From: Thermoplasmata archaeon
Lineage (GTDB): Archaea > Thermoplasmatota > Thermoplasmata > UBA10834
Length of the DNA stretch: 64,000 nt
Direction of reading: 5' to 3'
Assembly: GCA_021789945.1 (NCBI GenBank)
Contig: JAJYIS010000001.1
Coordinates: forward strand, 13,476-77,475
Position 1 is the stretch's first letter, and every line of letters starts with the position of its first letter. A program made the position numbers and the translations under genes. Below are positions 17,917 through 27,067 of the stretch, in pieces. The notes beneath the pieces were generated by a model that saw only the letters and a list, made by a program, of their open reading frames with translations, had not been told where the DNA came from and did no database searches.

Positions 17917-19398
17917 ATGAAGAGGGCGGTATTGGACGAGCTGGAGAAGATACTGGGGCAGGAACGGATGTCGACGAAGACCGCGGACCTCTACGTCTAC
18001 GGTTTTGACGCGTCGATCCATCACAAGACACCTCATGTCGTCGTGCGGCCGAAGGATGCGCACGAGGTCTCCGAGATAGTGAAGCTCGCGAACCGCATCC
18101 GGACGCCGATCATACCGAGGGGAGCGGGCACGGCGATGTGCGGGCATACCGTTCCTCTCAAGGGCGGGATCATAGTCGACCTCACCCAGATGAACAAGAT
18201 CAAGGAGGTCAGGATCGAGGACCTGTACTGCGTCGTCGAGCCGGGAGTCGTCTACGACAAGCTGAACGCCGTCCTAGGCAAGCACGGGTTCTGGTTCCCC
18301 ACGAGCCCCGGGAGCGGCGAGGCATGCACCATCGGCGGGATGGTGGCGACGAACGCGTCGGGGATGAGGGCCATCAAGTACGGCGCGACCAGGGACTACG
18401 TCCTCGGGCTCGAGGTGGTCCTGCCGACAGGCGAGATCATGCACACCGGCACGAGGACCCTCAAGAATTCCTCGGGATACCAGCTCGACAGGCTCATGGT
18501 CGGTAGCGAGGGCACGCTCGGGATCGTGACCGAGATAACCCTCAAGCTGGCCTTCAAGCCGAAAGCGTCCGCAATGACCCTCGCGGCGTTCGACTCGCTC
18601 TACGACGCGGGCAAGTGCGTCTCCAACATCATCAAGAGGCCTCTGATGCCCTCGGCGATCGAGCTGATGGACTCCGTCTGCATCAAGGCCGTCAACAAGT
18701 GCATGAACGTGGGGCTCCCGGACAAGGCCGCGATACTCATGATCGAGGTCGACGGGCATCCGGCGGCCGTCGAGGACGAGCTGAAGATCGTGGAGGAGAT
18801 CTGCCGGCAGAGCGGGGCGGTCTCGACCGAGCCCACCAGGGACAAGAAGAGGATCGACTTCTGGACATACTCGAGGAAGGCAATCATGCCCGCGCTCAGC
18901 AGGTACGGCGAGAAGTTCGTGTCGGTCGCGCTGGCGGACGACATGTCGGTGCCAATCTCGAAGATCCCCGAAGCCGTCGTGGCGTTCCAGAAGATAGCAG
19001 AGCGGAACGGCGTCGTCATCGGCACGTACGGGCACTCGGCGGACGGCAACCTCCACACGAAGATGCTGGTCGAGCCCTTCTCGCAGGACAGCTGGCGGCG
19101 CGGGGAGAAGGCGGTGACCGAGATCTTCGACAAGGTGATCGAGCTCGGCGGGACGGTCACAGGGGAGCACGGGGTCTCGATCACCAAGGCGCCCTACATG
19201 CAGAAGGAGCGCGCGGACTCGATCGAGACGATGCGGAGGATCAAGAAGGCGCTCGACCCGAAGAACATCATGAACCCAGGGAAGATGTTCGAGTGGCAGG
19301 GCAGCATCATAGCGCACCTGCGCTATCCGGCTTTCTCTGAGCGCGCGGCCCCGGCCTCAGTAGTAGATCAGGAAGAACATCGCGCCTGCAGCAAGTAG
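17917..19398 (+). CDS. glcD: FAD-linked oxidase, glycolate oxidase/D-lactate dehydrogenase GlcD family
   Basis: PRGAGT, CTIGGMVATNASG, VGSEGTLGIVTEITLKL, GHSADGNLH, GEHG and LDPKNIMNPGK motifs. Confidence 0.88.
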   Translation: MKRAVLDELEKILGQERMSTKTADLYVYGFDASIHHKTPHVVVRPKDAHEVSEIVKLANRIRTPIIPRGAGTAMCGHTVPLKGGIIVDLTQMNKIKEVRIEDLYCVVEPGVVYDKLNAVLGKHGFWFPTSPGSGEACTIGGMVATNASGMRAIKYGATRDYVLGLEVVLPTGEIMHTGTRTLKNSSGYQLDRLMVGSEGTLGIVTEITLKLAFKPKASAMTLAAFDSLYDAGKCVSNIIKRPLMPSAIELMDSVCIKAVNKCMNVGLPDKAAILMIEVDGHPAAVEDELKIVEEICRQSGAVSTEPTRDKKRIDFWTYSRKAIMPALSRYGEKFVSVALADDMSVPISKIPEAVVAFQKIAERNGVVIGTYGHSADGNLHTKMLVEPFSQDSWRRGEKAVTEIFDKVIELGGTVTGEHGVSITKAPYMQKERADSIETMRRIKKALDPKNIMNPGKMFEWQGSIIAHLRYPAFSERAAPASVVDQEEHRACSK

Positions 19399-20043
19399 GG
19401 TCAGGACATAGACCGGCTTGCTCCAGTGCCATATCTTGGCCCCGTCGAACGGCATCACGGGTATCATGTTGAACGCGCCGAGGTAGACGCTGAAGAAGGC
19501 CAGACTTCCCGCGATGCTCGAGACCACGGCCGGGACCCCCGGGAACGAGAACAGCGCGAACGGGAGGAACGCGAGCGCGACGACCAGGTTCGTGGCGGGC
19601 CCTGCGAGGCTGATCTTGCCGTTCTGTCTAGGGTCGATGTTGCCCATTATCATCATCGCCCCGGGGGCGGCGAACAAGAACCCGAAGAACGATGTCAGCA
19701 GAGCTAGTCCCAGGAGCCTGTACTCCGCGCGGAACTCCGCCCAGCAGCCGTACCTGCGGGCGACCACCTTGTGCATCATCTCGTGGGCGAAGAACCCCGC
19801 GACGACGCACAGGGCCGCTAGGATGACGTGGTAGAGGACGCTCCTGCCATCGGAAGTGCCCTGCACCAGGTAGAACGCGATGGTGAGGACTACGATCGCG
19901 ACGGCCATGTCCCTGATCTCGATGGGGCTCGTCAGCCTGTGCCTCGGCCTCCCGACGGGACGGCCGTGGGGCGATGCCGTGTATGTGTACTCGTACCGGG
20001 GCCCCGTCGTAGTGCTCCAATCATCCCTGTTCGGAGGCCACAT
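19357..20043 (-). CDS. Site-2 protease (M50) intramembrane metalloprotease
   Basis: HEMMH, ISLAGPATN and FNMIPVMPFDG motifs in a hydrophobic protein. Confidence 0.88.
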   Translation of the reverse strand: MWPPNRDDWSTTTGPRYEYTYTASPHGRPVGRPRHRLTSPIEIRDMAVAIVVLTIAFYLVQGTSDGRSVLYHVILAALCVVAGFFAHEMMHKVVARRYGCWAEFRAEYRLLGLALLTSFFGFLFAAPGAMMIMGNIDPRQNGKISLAGPATNLVVALAFLPFALFSFPGVPAVVSSIAGSLAFFSVYLGAFNMIPVMPFDGAKIWHWSKPVYVLTLLAAGAMFFLIYY

Positions 20044-20140
20044 CGCCCCCTGGGATAGGCTGTCAAAGGATAATCGTTGCGGAGCCTAGCGCGCGGTCCC
20101 GGCAAGGTATTTACGCTAGCCAATCATAAAGAGCGCCGAT

Positions 20141-22063
20141 ATGGCAAGGCGATTCGACCACGCGCCATCGGTGCTGTACTGGTGCAACGCATGCAACGTG
20201 CCCCTGATCGGCAGGACATGCGGGCGGTGCGGCCGGACCGGCTGGAGCATCGAGCTCGCGCAGCCTGGTGATGTGAGGATCGCCCTCGAGGGCACGAAGC
20301 GCCGGCTGAGGTACCTGTTCCTCAGGCAGTTCGGAGCGCAGCAGCTCATACCCGAGCTGGTCGTCATCAACAAGAGCTCGGGGGAGGACCGAGCCGACGA
20401 GGTCATCGTCGACGGCAGGAGAATCGCGCTGCTCACCTACGACCTCGTGAAGAAGGACTTCTGGCTCACGCTCAGGATTGACGGCGCGCGCATGCTCGCC
20501 GGCTCGCAGCGCCCGAAGAAGCTCGTGACGCTCAAGAAGGCCGAGGGGCACATGAAGGGCAACTTCCTGCCCCCGGACTCGATCCAATCCTTCGACCCTG
20601 ACATCCGCAAGGACGACGATGTCGTCATCCGGATGGGGAAGTTCATCGGGTGCGGGTCCGCGAAGGTCGACGCGCCCGAGCTGAGGAGCGCTCAGAAGGG
20701 GATCAAGGTCCGGGACATCACTCAGGCAGGGCCATTGACGCCCGCGAGGAGGGCCTGGCCGAGGGACATCCTCAAGGCCAACCTCGCCCACGTAGCCGCG
20801 AAGAAGGCTAAGGCCGAGCACGAGCTCAGGGAGGTCTTCTCGAACAACAAGCTGCCGATCACGGTCTCGTTCAGCGGGGGGAAGGACAGCCTAGTGGTCC
20901 TCGACCTCGTATCCTCCGTGACGAAGGATTTCACCGCCATATTCATAGACACGGGCCTCGAGCACCCGGAGACCAGGGAGTACGTCAAGCGGACCGCGCG
21001 AGACCGGGGCATGAGGCTGCTCACGGCGGAGGCGGGTGACGCGTTCGACGACAGCTTCCCCGTGTTCGGCCCTCCCGCGAAGGACTTCCGATGGTGCTGC
21101 AAGGTGTGCAAGCTCGCTCCCGCGTCGAAGGTCATCGAGGAGAGGTTCCCCGAGGGCACGCTGACCGTCGAGGGCAACAGGAGGCTCGAGTCGTTCACGC
21201 GCTCGAGGACCGAGCTCGTGGAGGAGAACCCATTCGTCCCCGGGCAGACCATCGTCAACCCGATCAGGGACTGGACAGGGCTCGATGTCTGGCTGTACAT
21301 CATGATGCGGGACCTGAAGTACAACCCGCTCTACGACGAGGACATAGAGAGGGTGGGATGCTGGATGTGCCCGTCGTCCCTCGCGAGCGAGACCGCGGAG
21401 ATCTCCCGGATCAGCCCCGACCTCGCGAAGGCGTGGGACGCGAAGCTCAGGTCGTGGGCCGAGGAGAAGGGCCTCCCGAAGGAGTTCGTGGACTACGGGT
21501 TCTGGCGCTGGAAGCAGCTGCCGCCCAAGATGAAGGATCTCTCGGACAGGCTCGGCCTGAAGATCAAGGCCAAGAGGGCGGACACCCTTGACCTGAGGGT
21601 CCTGAAGGGCGTCAGCCCGTGCGCGGCGGGGGGCTACTCCGTTGAGGCGGTCATCAAGATGCCCCAGACGAAGGACCTGAAGCACGCCGCCGAGCTGCTC
21701 AAGACGGTCGGGCATGTGAGGCCGGTCGAGGAGTTCGGAGTGGTCATGGTCGATGCCGAGAAGGGCACCGCGAAGGTCTTCGCCGGGGGGCAGATATCCG
21801 CCGTCGGGGAGACGCCGGAGGACGCGGTGAAGCTGTTCGACCAGGTGTCCAGGGCGTTCCTGAGAGCGAACATGTGCACGCGCTGTGGGACATGCGTGCG
21901 CGTGTGCCCGAACGGGGCCATCACGCTCGGTCTGACGGAACCCCTCGTCATCGACGCCGAGAAGTGCGACCAATGCGGAAAGTGCACCAAGAGCTGCGTG
22001 GTCGCCCACTACTTCGACAAGCTAGCATCGAGGCTGCCCAAGGACGAGAGGCATGCGAGATAG
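20141..22063 (+). CDS. PAPS-reductase family protein with N-terminal Zn ribbon, PUA-like domain and C-terminal 2x[4Fe-4S] domain
   Basis: YWCNACNVP..CGRC; PP-loop SFSGGKDS; RWCCKVCK and RVGCWMCP; two CxxCxxCxxxC motifs at the C-terminus. Confidence 0.85.
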   Translation: MARRFDHAPSVLYWCNACNVPLIGRTCGRCGRTGWSIELAQPGDVRIALEGTKRRLRYLFLRQFGAQQLIPELVVINKSSGEDRADEVIVDGRRIALLTYDLVKKDFWLTLRIDGARMLAGSQRPKKLVTLKKAEGHMKGNFLPPDSIQSFDPDIRKDDDVVIRMGKFIGCGSAKVDAPELRSAQKGIKVRDITQAGPLTPARRAWPRDILKANLAHVAAKKAKAEHELREVFSNNKLPITVSFSGGKDSLVVLDLVSSVTKDFTAIFIDTGLEHPETREYVKRTARDRGMRLLTAEAGDAFDDSFPVFGPPAKDFRWCCKVCKLAPASKVIEERFPEGTLTVEGNRRLESFTRSRTELVEENPFVPGQTIVNPIRDWTGLDVWLYIMMRDLKYNPLYDEDIERVGCWMCPSSLASETAEISRISPDLAKAWDAKLRSWAEEKGLPKEFVDYGFWRWKQLPPKMKDLSDRLGLKIKAKRADTLDLRVLKGVSPCAAGGYSVEAVIKMPQTKDLKHAAELLKTVGHVRPVEEFGVVMVDAEKGTAKVFAGGQISAVGETPEDAVKLFDQVSRAFLRANMCTRCGTCVRVCPNGAITLGLTEPLVIDAEKCDQCGKCTKSCVVAHYFDKLASRLPKDERHAR

Positions 22064-22079
22064 AACTCATGCAGGTCGT

Positions 22080-22358
22080 TCAGTCGCCCTCTTCCCTGAG
22101 CGACTTCGCGACCTTCAGGGTGTGTTCCCTTGCCCTGGACACGCCCTTCTTGGTCATGTGGACCGCGGTCCTGACGGCTGGCTTGACCTCGTGGTACACG
22201 GTGTCGGTCACCAGGACGCCTGTCTCGAGCGCCTTGCCAGTTAGCGTCGCCGCCTTGCTGACGGTCTTTGACATGACGCTCTTGCTGGGACCGTACCCAC
22301 AGTGAGGGCACACGGTCGCGGAGCCCATGGCCTTGCCGCATCTGGAGCATTTCGCCAT
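22080..22358 (-). CDS. Small zinc-ribbon protein
   Basis: CSRC-x10-CPHC followed by an amphipathic helical tail. Confidence 0.65.
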   Translation of the reverse strand: MAKCSRCGKAMGSATVCPHCGYGPSKSVMSKTVSKAATLTGKALETGVLVTDTVYHEVKPAVRTAVHMTKKGVSRAREHTLKVAKSLREEGD

Positions 22359-22450
22359 ATTCTATACCTCGACGGTTCCCAGCGACGGCCCCAGCTATAA
22401 ACATATCCCCCGATAGCTTTTTGAAGATGGTAGCTTACTGGGCAGGCTGC

Positions 22451-23176
22451 ATGGTCGACGCGCTGCAGATCGTGAGCGCGGTCGCGGGCTTCGCGCCCCC
22501 GCTCGCGCTGCTGTACTTCACTCTGAAGGACTACACGTACCCGAAGGTCAAGGAGCCGTTCTTCGACGACTCCAAGATATTCAAGTTCTTCTCGCTCGGG
22601 ATCGTGCTCGGGATGGTCATCTTCGCGTTCGAGGACTGGGGCAGGACGATGGGCTCCCTGGACATGCTGGTCATCCTGAACGTGCTGTTCGCGGTGATGG
22701 AGGAGTCGATGAAGCTCGTCATCCTGAACTTCCCGAGGTTCCAGAGAAAGGTCGACACCGCGTTCTACGGGCTCTCGCTCGGCCTCGGGATCGCGATGAC
22801 GCTGACGTTCGCGTCCGTGTACTCGAGCCTGCTCGGGCTAAAGAACCCCGGGCCGTTCGAGATGGTCGTCTACTCGCTCTTCGGGCTGCAGCTGGTCCTG
22901 CTCCACGGGTCCACCACGACGCTGATCGGGGTGGGCGTGGTGAGAGGGGACATCAAGGGGTACTTCTCGGAGGCGCTCCTCATCCACCTGGGGTACGGCC
23001 TGCTCATGATCCTGTTCTTCAACGCGTTCTTCCCGCTGGACTTCGTCGGGCTCGGCCTGGCCTCCGCTGTCGTCGTCTATGGGTACTACAAGATACACAC
23101 GCTCTCGCTCCCGGTCCTGATTAGGGACGCGAAGCGGCTCATGCTCAAGACCTCGGCCGCGTCTAAGCCTGCCTAA
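22451..23176 (+). CDS. Polytopic membrane protein, PrsW-like glutamic protease family (degenerate)
   Basis: EESMK and LLHGSTT motifs; roughly 7-8 hydrophobic segments. Confidence 0.55.
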   Translation: MVDALQIVSAVAGFAPPLALLYFTLKDYTYPKVKEPFFDDSKIFKFFSLGIVLGMVIFAFEDWGRTMGSLDMLVILNVLFAVMEESMKLVILNFPRFQRKVDTAFYGLSLGLGIAMTLTFASVYSSLLGLKNPGPFEMVVYSLFGLQLVLLHGSTTTLIGVGVVRGDIKGYFSEALLIHLGYGLLMILFFNAFFPLDFVGLGLASAVVVYGYYKIHTLSLPVLIRDAKRLMLKTSAASKPA

Positions 23177-23615
23177 ACTTCCCGGGGCCGACCTCGTAGA
23201 TAATCCCGAGCTCGAGCAGTCTCGCCGCGAGCGCGTCCGGGTCCTTCTTCCCGAGGACCGTGGCGGCCTTCTCCATGTCCTCATGGCCGAGTTCCTTCTT
23301 CGACGCTACGAGCTCCGCGACCACCGCGCGCATCCTCTCGAGCGGGTCCTTGATCGACGAGATCCTTTCGGAGATAGCGTCCTCGACCACGCGCTTCCTC
23401 TTCTTCCTCGCGCGAGGCATCGGCCCAGCTCCCTTCAGAGAGGCGTTCACCTCGGCGACCATCTGGGCCAGCTCGTGGGGGGAGTCGGTCACGAACCTGA
23501 GCTTCATCCTGGCGAGCTTTATCTGCCGGCCGCACTGGCAGGTGGTCGTCTTCCTGGAGCTCTCGACGCCCCTCGCCCTCCCGCACTTCGGACAGACTAT
23601 CACGCCGTACTTCAA
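23163..23615 (-). CDS. DUF1922-like zinc-ribbon protein
   Basis: VIVCPKCGRARGVESSRKTTTCQCGR N-terminus. Confidence 0.65.
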   Translation of the reverse strand: MKYGVIVCPKCGRARGVESSRKTTTCQCGRQIKLARMKLRFVTDSPHELAQMVAEVNASLKGAGPMPRARKKRKRVVEDAISERISSIKDPLERMRAVVAELVASKKELGHEDMEKAATVLGKKDPDALAARLLELGIIYEVGPGKFRQA

Positions 23616-23640
23616 CTCAGGACCTCCGAGGGCATAGAGC

Positions 23641-24573
23641 CTAGAACGAGCGCATCTCCTTCTCGAGGAGCTTCAGCTGCGACTCGGGGAGCGTAAGCGG
23701 GCTCACGGGGACCAGCATCACGGAGTCCGAGACGGCGATCTTGTCGTTCACGTGCTGGAGCAGCTTGAGCACCTTCTGAAAGTCGTTCTGGGATATGAGA
23801 TACTCGAGCCCGGACAGAAGGACCATGCAGCTCTTGTTCTCGGAGATGAAGGTCTTGATGTCGGAGTAGAGCAGCGCCAGGTTCGTCGGGTCGCGGGCAT
23901 AGGGCTTCTCCTGGTCCATCGACAGCCACAGGAAGGGCACGTTCTTGAGCTCGTACCTGTCCTTGAGCTTCTCAGGGTACTCCCTCGTCACGCACAGGCT
24001 CGGGACGTTGTGCTTCGCCGCGTCGATGAATATGTCGTACGACTGGTCCGGGACCTCCTCCTTGACGAGATAGGAGTACCCGGACTCGAGGCTGAACTTC
24101 CGGACGTTGTCGGGCTCGTGCACCTTGCCCGGCTTCAGCAGGTCCAGGACCTCGTACACCTGCATCACGCAGGCCATGTACCCCTGGCTTGCGCACTCGA
24201 CCTCGTCCACCTCGAACCTCTTCCCGAGGAGCTGCGAGACTATCCCGGACAGGTAGCCCCTCGCGAAGTCGCAGGTCTTGCCCTCCTTCGCCTCGACGGA
24301 CTCCTCGAGGTTCACGACCATCTGGCTCTCCTCGATGGAGTCGATCCTGAGCCGACTCAGTCCGGCCTCCATCCACACGGGCTCGATGACGGACTTCGTC
24401 TCGGCGAGGCTGTCGACCGACAGCCCGAAACTCTCGACCAAGGCATGGCCGCACCTCTGCCCATATCTGTAAAGCATCAGCCTCGCGCGCTGGTCGCCCT
24501 CGACGATCTCCAGCTCCTCCCGAAGATGGGCGAGGGCGATGCCCGGCATGACGAAGAACGGGAGGGACCTCAT
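23641..24573 (-). CDS. V4R domain + DUF835 domain protein
   Basis: V4R motif TCDFARGYLSG...EVECASQGYMAC; DUF835-type LCVTREYP, FLWLS and LLSGLEYLISQNDF; ATG overlaps the GTPase stop (ATGA). Confidence 0.8.
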   Translation of the reverse strand: MRSLPFFVMPGIALAHLREELEIVEGDQRARLMLYRYGQRCGHALVESFGLSVDSLAETKSVIEPVWMEAGLSRLRIDSIEESQMVVNLEESVEAKEGKTCDFARGYLSGIVSQLLGKRFEVDEVECASQGYMACVMQVYEVLDLLKPGKVHEPDNVRKFSLESGYSYLVKEEVPDQSYDIFIDAAKHNVPSLCVTREYPEKLKDRYELKNVPFLWLSMDQEKPYARDPTNLALLYSDIKTFISENKSCMVLLSGLEYLISQNDFQKVLKLLQHVNDKIAVSDSVMLVPVSPLTLPESQLKLLEKEMRSF

Positions 24574-25082
24574 TTCGCGCCCTCCAGAAGCCTCCTGCCA
24601 ATGGAGGCGAAGGCGGCCTCGACATTCAGGCCCGTCTTGGCGCTCGTCTCGAGCACGTCGCATCCGATCGAGGAGCCGAACGAGCGCAGCTCGTCGAGTG
24701 TGAAGGCCTTGCTCAGATCGGACTTGTTGCCGAGAAGGATGACCGGCATGTCCCCGACCACGGACCTGAAGTTCCCGACCCAGGTTTTCAGGGACCTCAT
24801 CGTCTCAGGGCGGGTGAAGTCGCACACTGCGAGCGCGCCCGCCGCTCCCTTGTAGTATGCCGCGTGCAGCGCTTCCTGGGTCCTCTGTCCGAGTATGTCC
24901 CAGACCATCAGGTCCATCGTCGAGTCTCCGACGGTGACGGACTTCTTCGAGACCTTCGTCCCGAAGGACTGGATGTACTTGTCGTCGAACACGTCGAACA
25001 CGAACCTCCTCACGAGGCTCGTCTTGCCCACTGCCCCATCCCCCAGAAGGCAGAGCTTGATGATGTACTTGGCAGAGGACAT
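24570..25082 (-). CDS. Rab/Ras-like small GTPase
   Basis: G1 GDGAVGKTS, G2 region YIQSFG, G3 WDILGQ, G4 GNKSD, G5 ETSAKTG. Confidence 0.9.
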   Translation of the reverse strand: MSSAKYIIKLCLLGDGAVGKTSLVRRFVFDVFDDKYIQSFGTKVSKKSVTVGDSTMDLMVWDILGQRTQEALHAAYYKGAAGALAVCDFTRPETMRSLKTWVGNFRSVVGDMPVILLGNKSDLSKAFTLDELRSFGSSIGCDVLETSAKTGLNVEAAFASIGRRLLEGAK

Positions 25083-25192
25083 CAGAAACGAAAGTTAATG
25101 CCCGGATGGATATATAACGGTTGATAGCGCTGGAATCGGCAGGAATGGACAGGTCGGCCAGTACTGTCGCGTTGGGCGGAGGAGGGAGGTCT

Positions 25193-25939
25193 GTGAAGAG
25201 GACTTTGGAGGCCGAGAACGACGCGATCCACGCGCACAGGCTCAGGAAGGTGTACGACGACCTGGTCGCGGTCGACGACATCGACCTCAAGATCGCCAAG
25301 GGCCAACTGTACGGCATGATCGGGCCGAACGGCTCCGGCAAGACCACGACCATCAAGATGCTCGTCGGGCTGCTGAGGCTGACCTCGGGGAAGGCTTACG
25401 TCCTCGGGGAGAAGGTGCCGATCTCGCAGAACATCTCCCGGATCGGCTACATGCCCCAGGAGATGGCCATCTACACGGACCTGACCGTCCGCGAGAACCT
25501 CCAGCTGTTCTCAGAGTTGTACTCTATCGACCCGAAGAAGTTCGAGGGCCGCGCGGACGACCTCCTGAAGGTGATCGACCTCGCGGACCGCAAGGACAGC
25601 CTCGTGTCCGAGCTCAGCGGAAGCATGAGGCACAGGGTCTCGCTCGCGTGCGCTCTCGTGCACGACCCCGAGGTCGTCTTCCTGGACGAGCCGACCGTGG
25701 GCGTCGACCCCGAGCTGAGGGTGGGCTTCTGGAAGTACTTCGCGGACCTCAAGGAGAAGGGGAAGACCATCGTCCTCACGACGCACTACATGGACGAGGC
25801 CGTGAGGTGCGACACCGTCGGCATGATGAGGGCCGGCAGGATGATCGCCGAGGGCAGCCCGAAGGGGCTCATGGAGGAATCGGGGACGGCCGACCTCGAG
25901 TCCGCGTTCCTGACGTTCGCCAAGAAGGTGGGCTCGTGA
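25193..25939 (+). CDS. ABC-2 type exporter, ATP-binding protein
   Basis: GPNGSGKTT, LSGSMRHR (signature variant), FLDEPT and TTHY motifs; GTG start after GGAGG. Confidence 0.92.
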   Translation: MKRTLEAENDAIHAHRLRKVYDDLVAVDDIDLKIAKGQLYGMIGPNGSGKTTTIKMLVGLLRLTSGKAYVLGEKVPISQNISRIGYMPQEMAIYTDLTVRENLQLFSELYSIDPKKFEGRADDLLKVIDLADRKDSLVSELSGSMRHRVSLACALVHDPEVVFLDEPTVGVDPELRVGFWKYFADLKEKGKTIVLTTHYMDEAVRCDTVGMMRAGRMIAEGSPKGLMEESGTADLESAFLTFAKKVGS

Positions 25940-27063
25940 GGCTCAACAGGGTCCTGGCGATCGCGAAGAAGAACCTGAGGTCGCTGAAGCACGACAGGCG
26001 CACGGTGGGCTTCCTGGTCCTTATGCCGCTCCTCATGATAACCATCTTCGGCTACACCTTCGGAGGGACCATCCAGAACGTCAGCGTGTACATTGTGAAC
26101 CTGGACCAGGCCCCGTCCAACTCGTCTGTCTCCGAGAAGATAATCGCGAGCCTCGAGTCGACCGACACCCTGCACATCGTCAAGATGCTCACGACCCCGG
26201 ACGGGGTGGGCGCCGCGGCCGAGGAGGTTAAGGACGCGCACATCTGGGCGGCGATCGTCTTCAACGAGACCTTCTCGGCCGACGTCTTGGCGGCCTCCAG
26301 GTCCCTCGGGCCCCCGGCCTCGATCCAGCTGATCATCGACGGGACGAACCCGAACATCGTATCGGCCGTCACGGGCGAGCTCCAGACGGCCATAAGGTCC
26401 GTCATCGGGTCCGGGGCCGCCGCGCCCATGAGCGTGGCTCCCGACCTGGTCTACGGCAAGGACGCGAGGTTCATCGACTTCTTCGCGCCCGGGGTCATGG
26501 GCCTCGCGGCGATGATGGTCACGTTCATGCTCTCGATCATATCGTTCGTGCACGAGAGGAGCGGGTCCACCCTCGACCGCCTGCTCAGCACGCCCGTGAC
26601 CGAGGGGGAGATCGTCGCGGGCTATGCGCTCGCGTTCGGGTTCGTGGGCCTCATCCAATCTTGCGTGATCATATCCGCGGCCATCCTGCTGTTCAACGTG
26701 ATGATCGTCGGGAACGTGCTCCTCGCGCTCCTGGTCGTGTTCGTGCTGGGCGTCGGCAACCAAGGCCTCGGGTTCATGCTCTCGTCCTTCGCGAAGAACG
26801 AGTTCCAGGCAATACAGTTCCTGCCGCTCATACTGTTCCCGTCGATTCTCCTCTCGGGCGTGTTCTGGCCCCTCGAGGCGGTGCCCACGCTCCTGAGGCC
26901 CGTGTCCTATTTCATCCCCCTGACCTATGCCGTCGAGGGGCTGAGGTCCGTGATGATCAGAGGCTGGTCGATCGACGGCATCTGGGTGCAGCTCGTGGTG
27001 CTCCTCGGCTTCGCGGTCGCGATGCTGCTCCTGAGCGCGCTGGGCCTCAAGAGGAGGAGGTGA
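25936..27063 (+). CDS. ABC-2 type exporter, permease
   Basis: GTGA overlap with the ATPase gene; HERSGSTLDRLLSTP, LSGVFWPLE and PLTYAV motifs. Confidence 0.9.
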   Translation: MRLNRVLAIAKKNLRSLKHDRRTVGFLVLMPLLMITIFGYTFGGTIQNVSVYIVNLDQAPSNSSVSEKIIASLESTDTLHIVKMLTTPDGVGAAAEEVKDAHIWAAIVFNETFSADVLAASRSLGPPASIQLIIDGTNPNIVSAVTGELQTAIRSVIGSGAAAPMSVAPDLVYGKDARFIDFFAPGVMGLAAMMVTFMLSIISFVHERSGSTLDRLLSTPVTEGEIVAGYALAFGFVGLIQSCVIISAAILLFNVMIVGNVLLALLVVFVLGVGNQGLGFMLSSFAKNEFQAIQFLPLILFPSILLSGVFWPLEAVPTLLRPVSYFIPLTYAVEGLRSVMIRGWSIDGIWVQLVVLLGFAVAMLLLSALGLKRRR

Positions 27064-27067
27064 GAGG

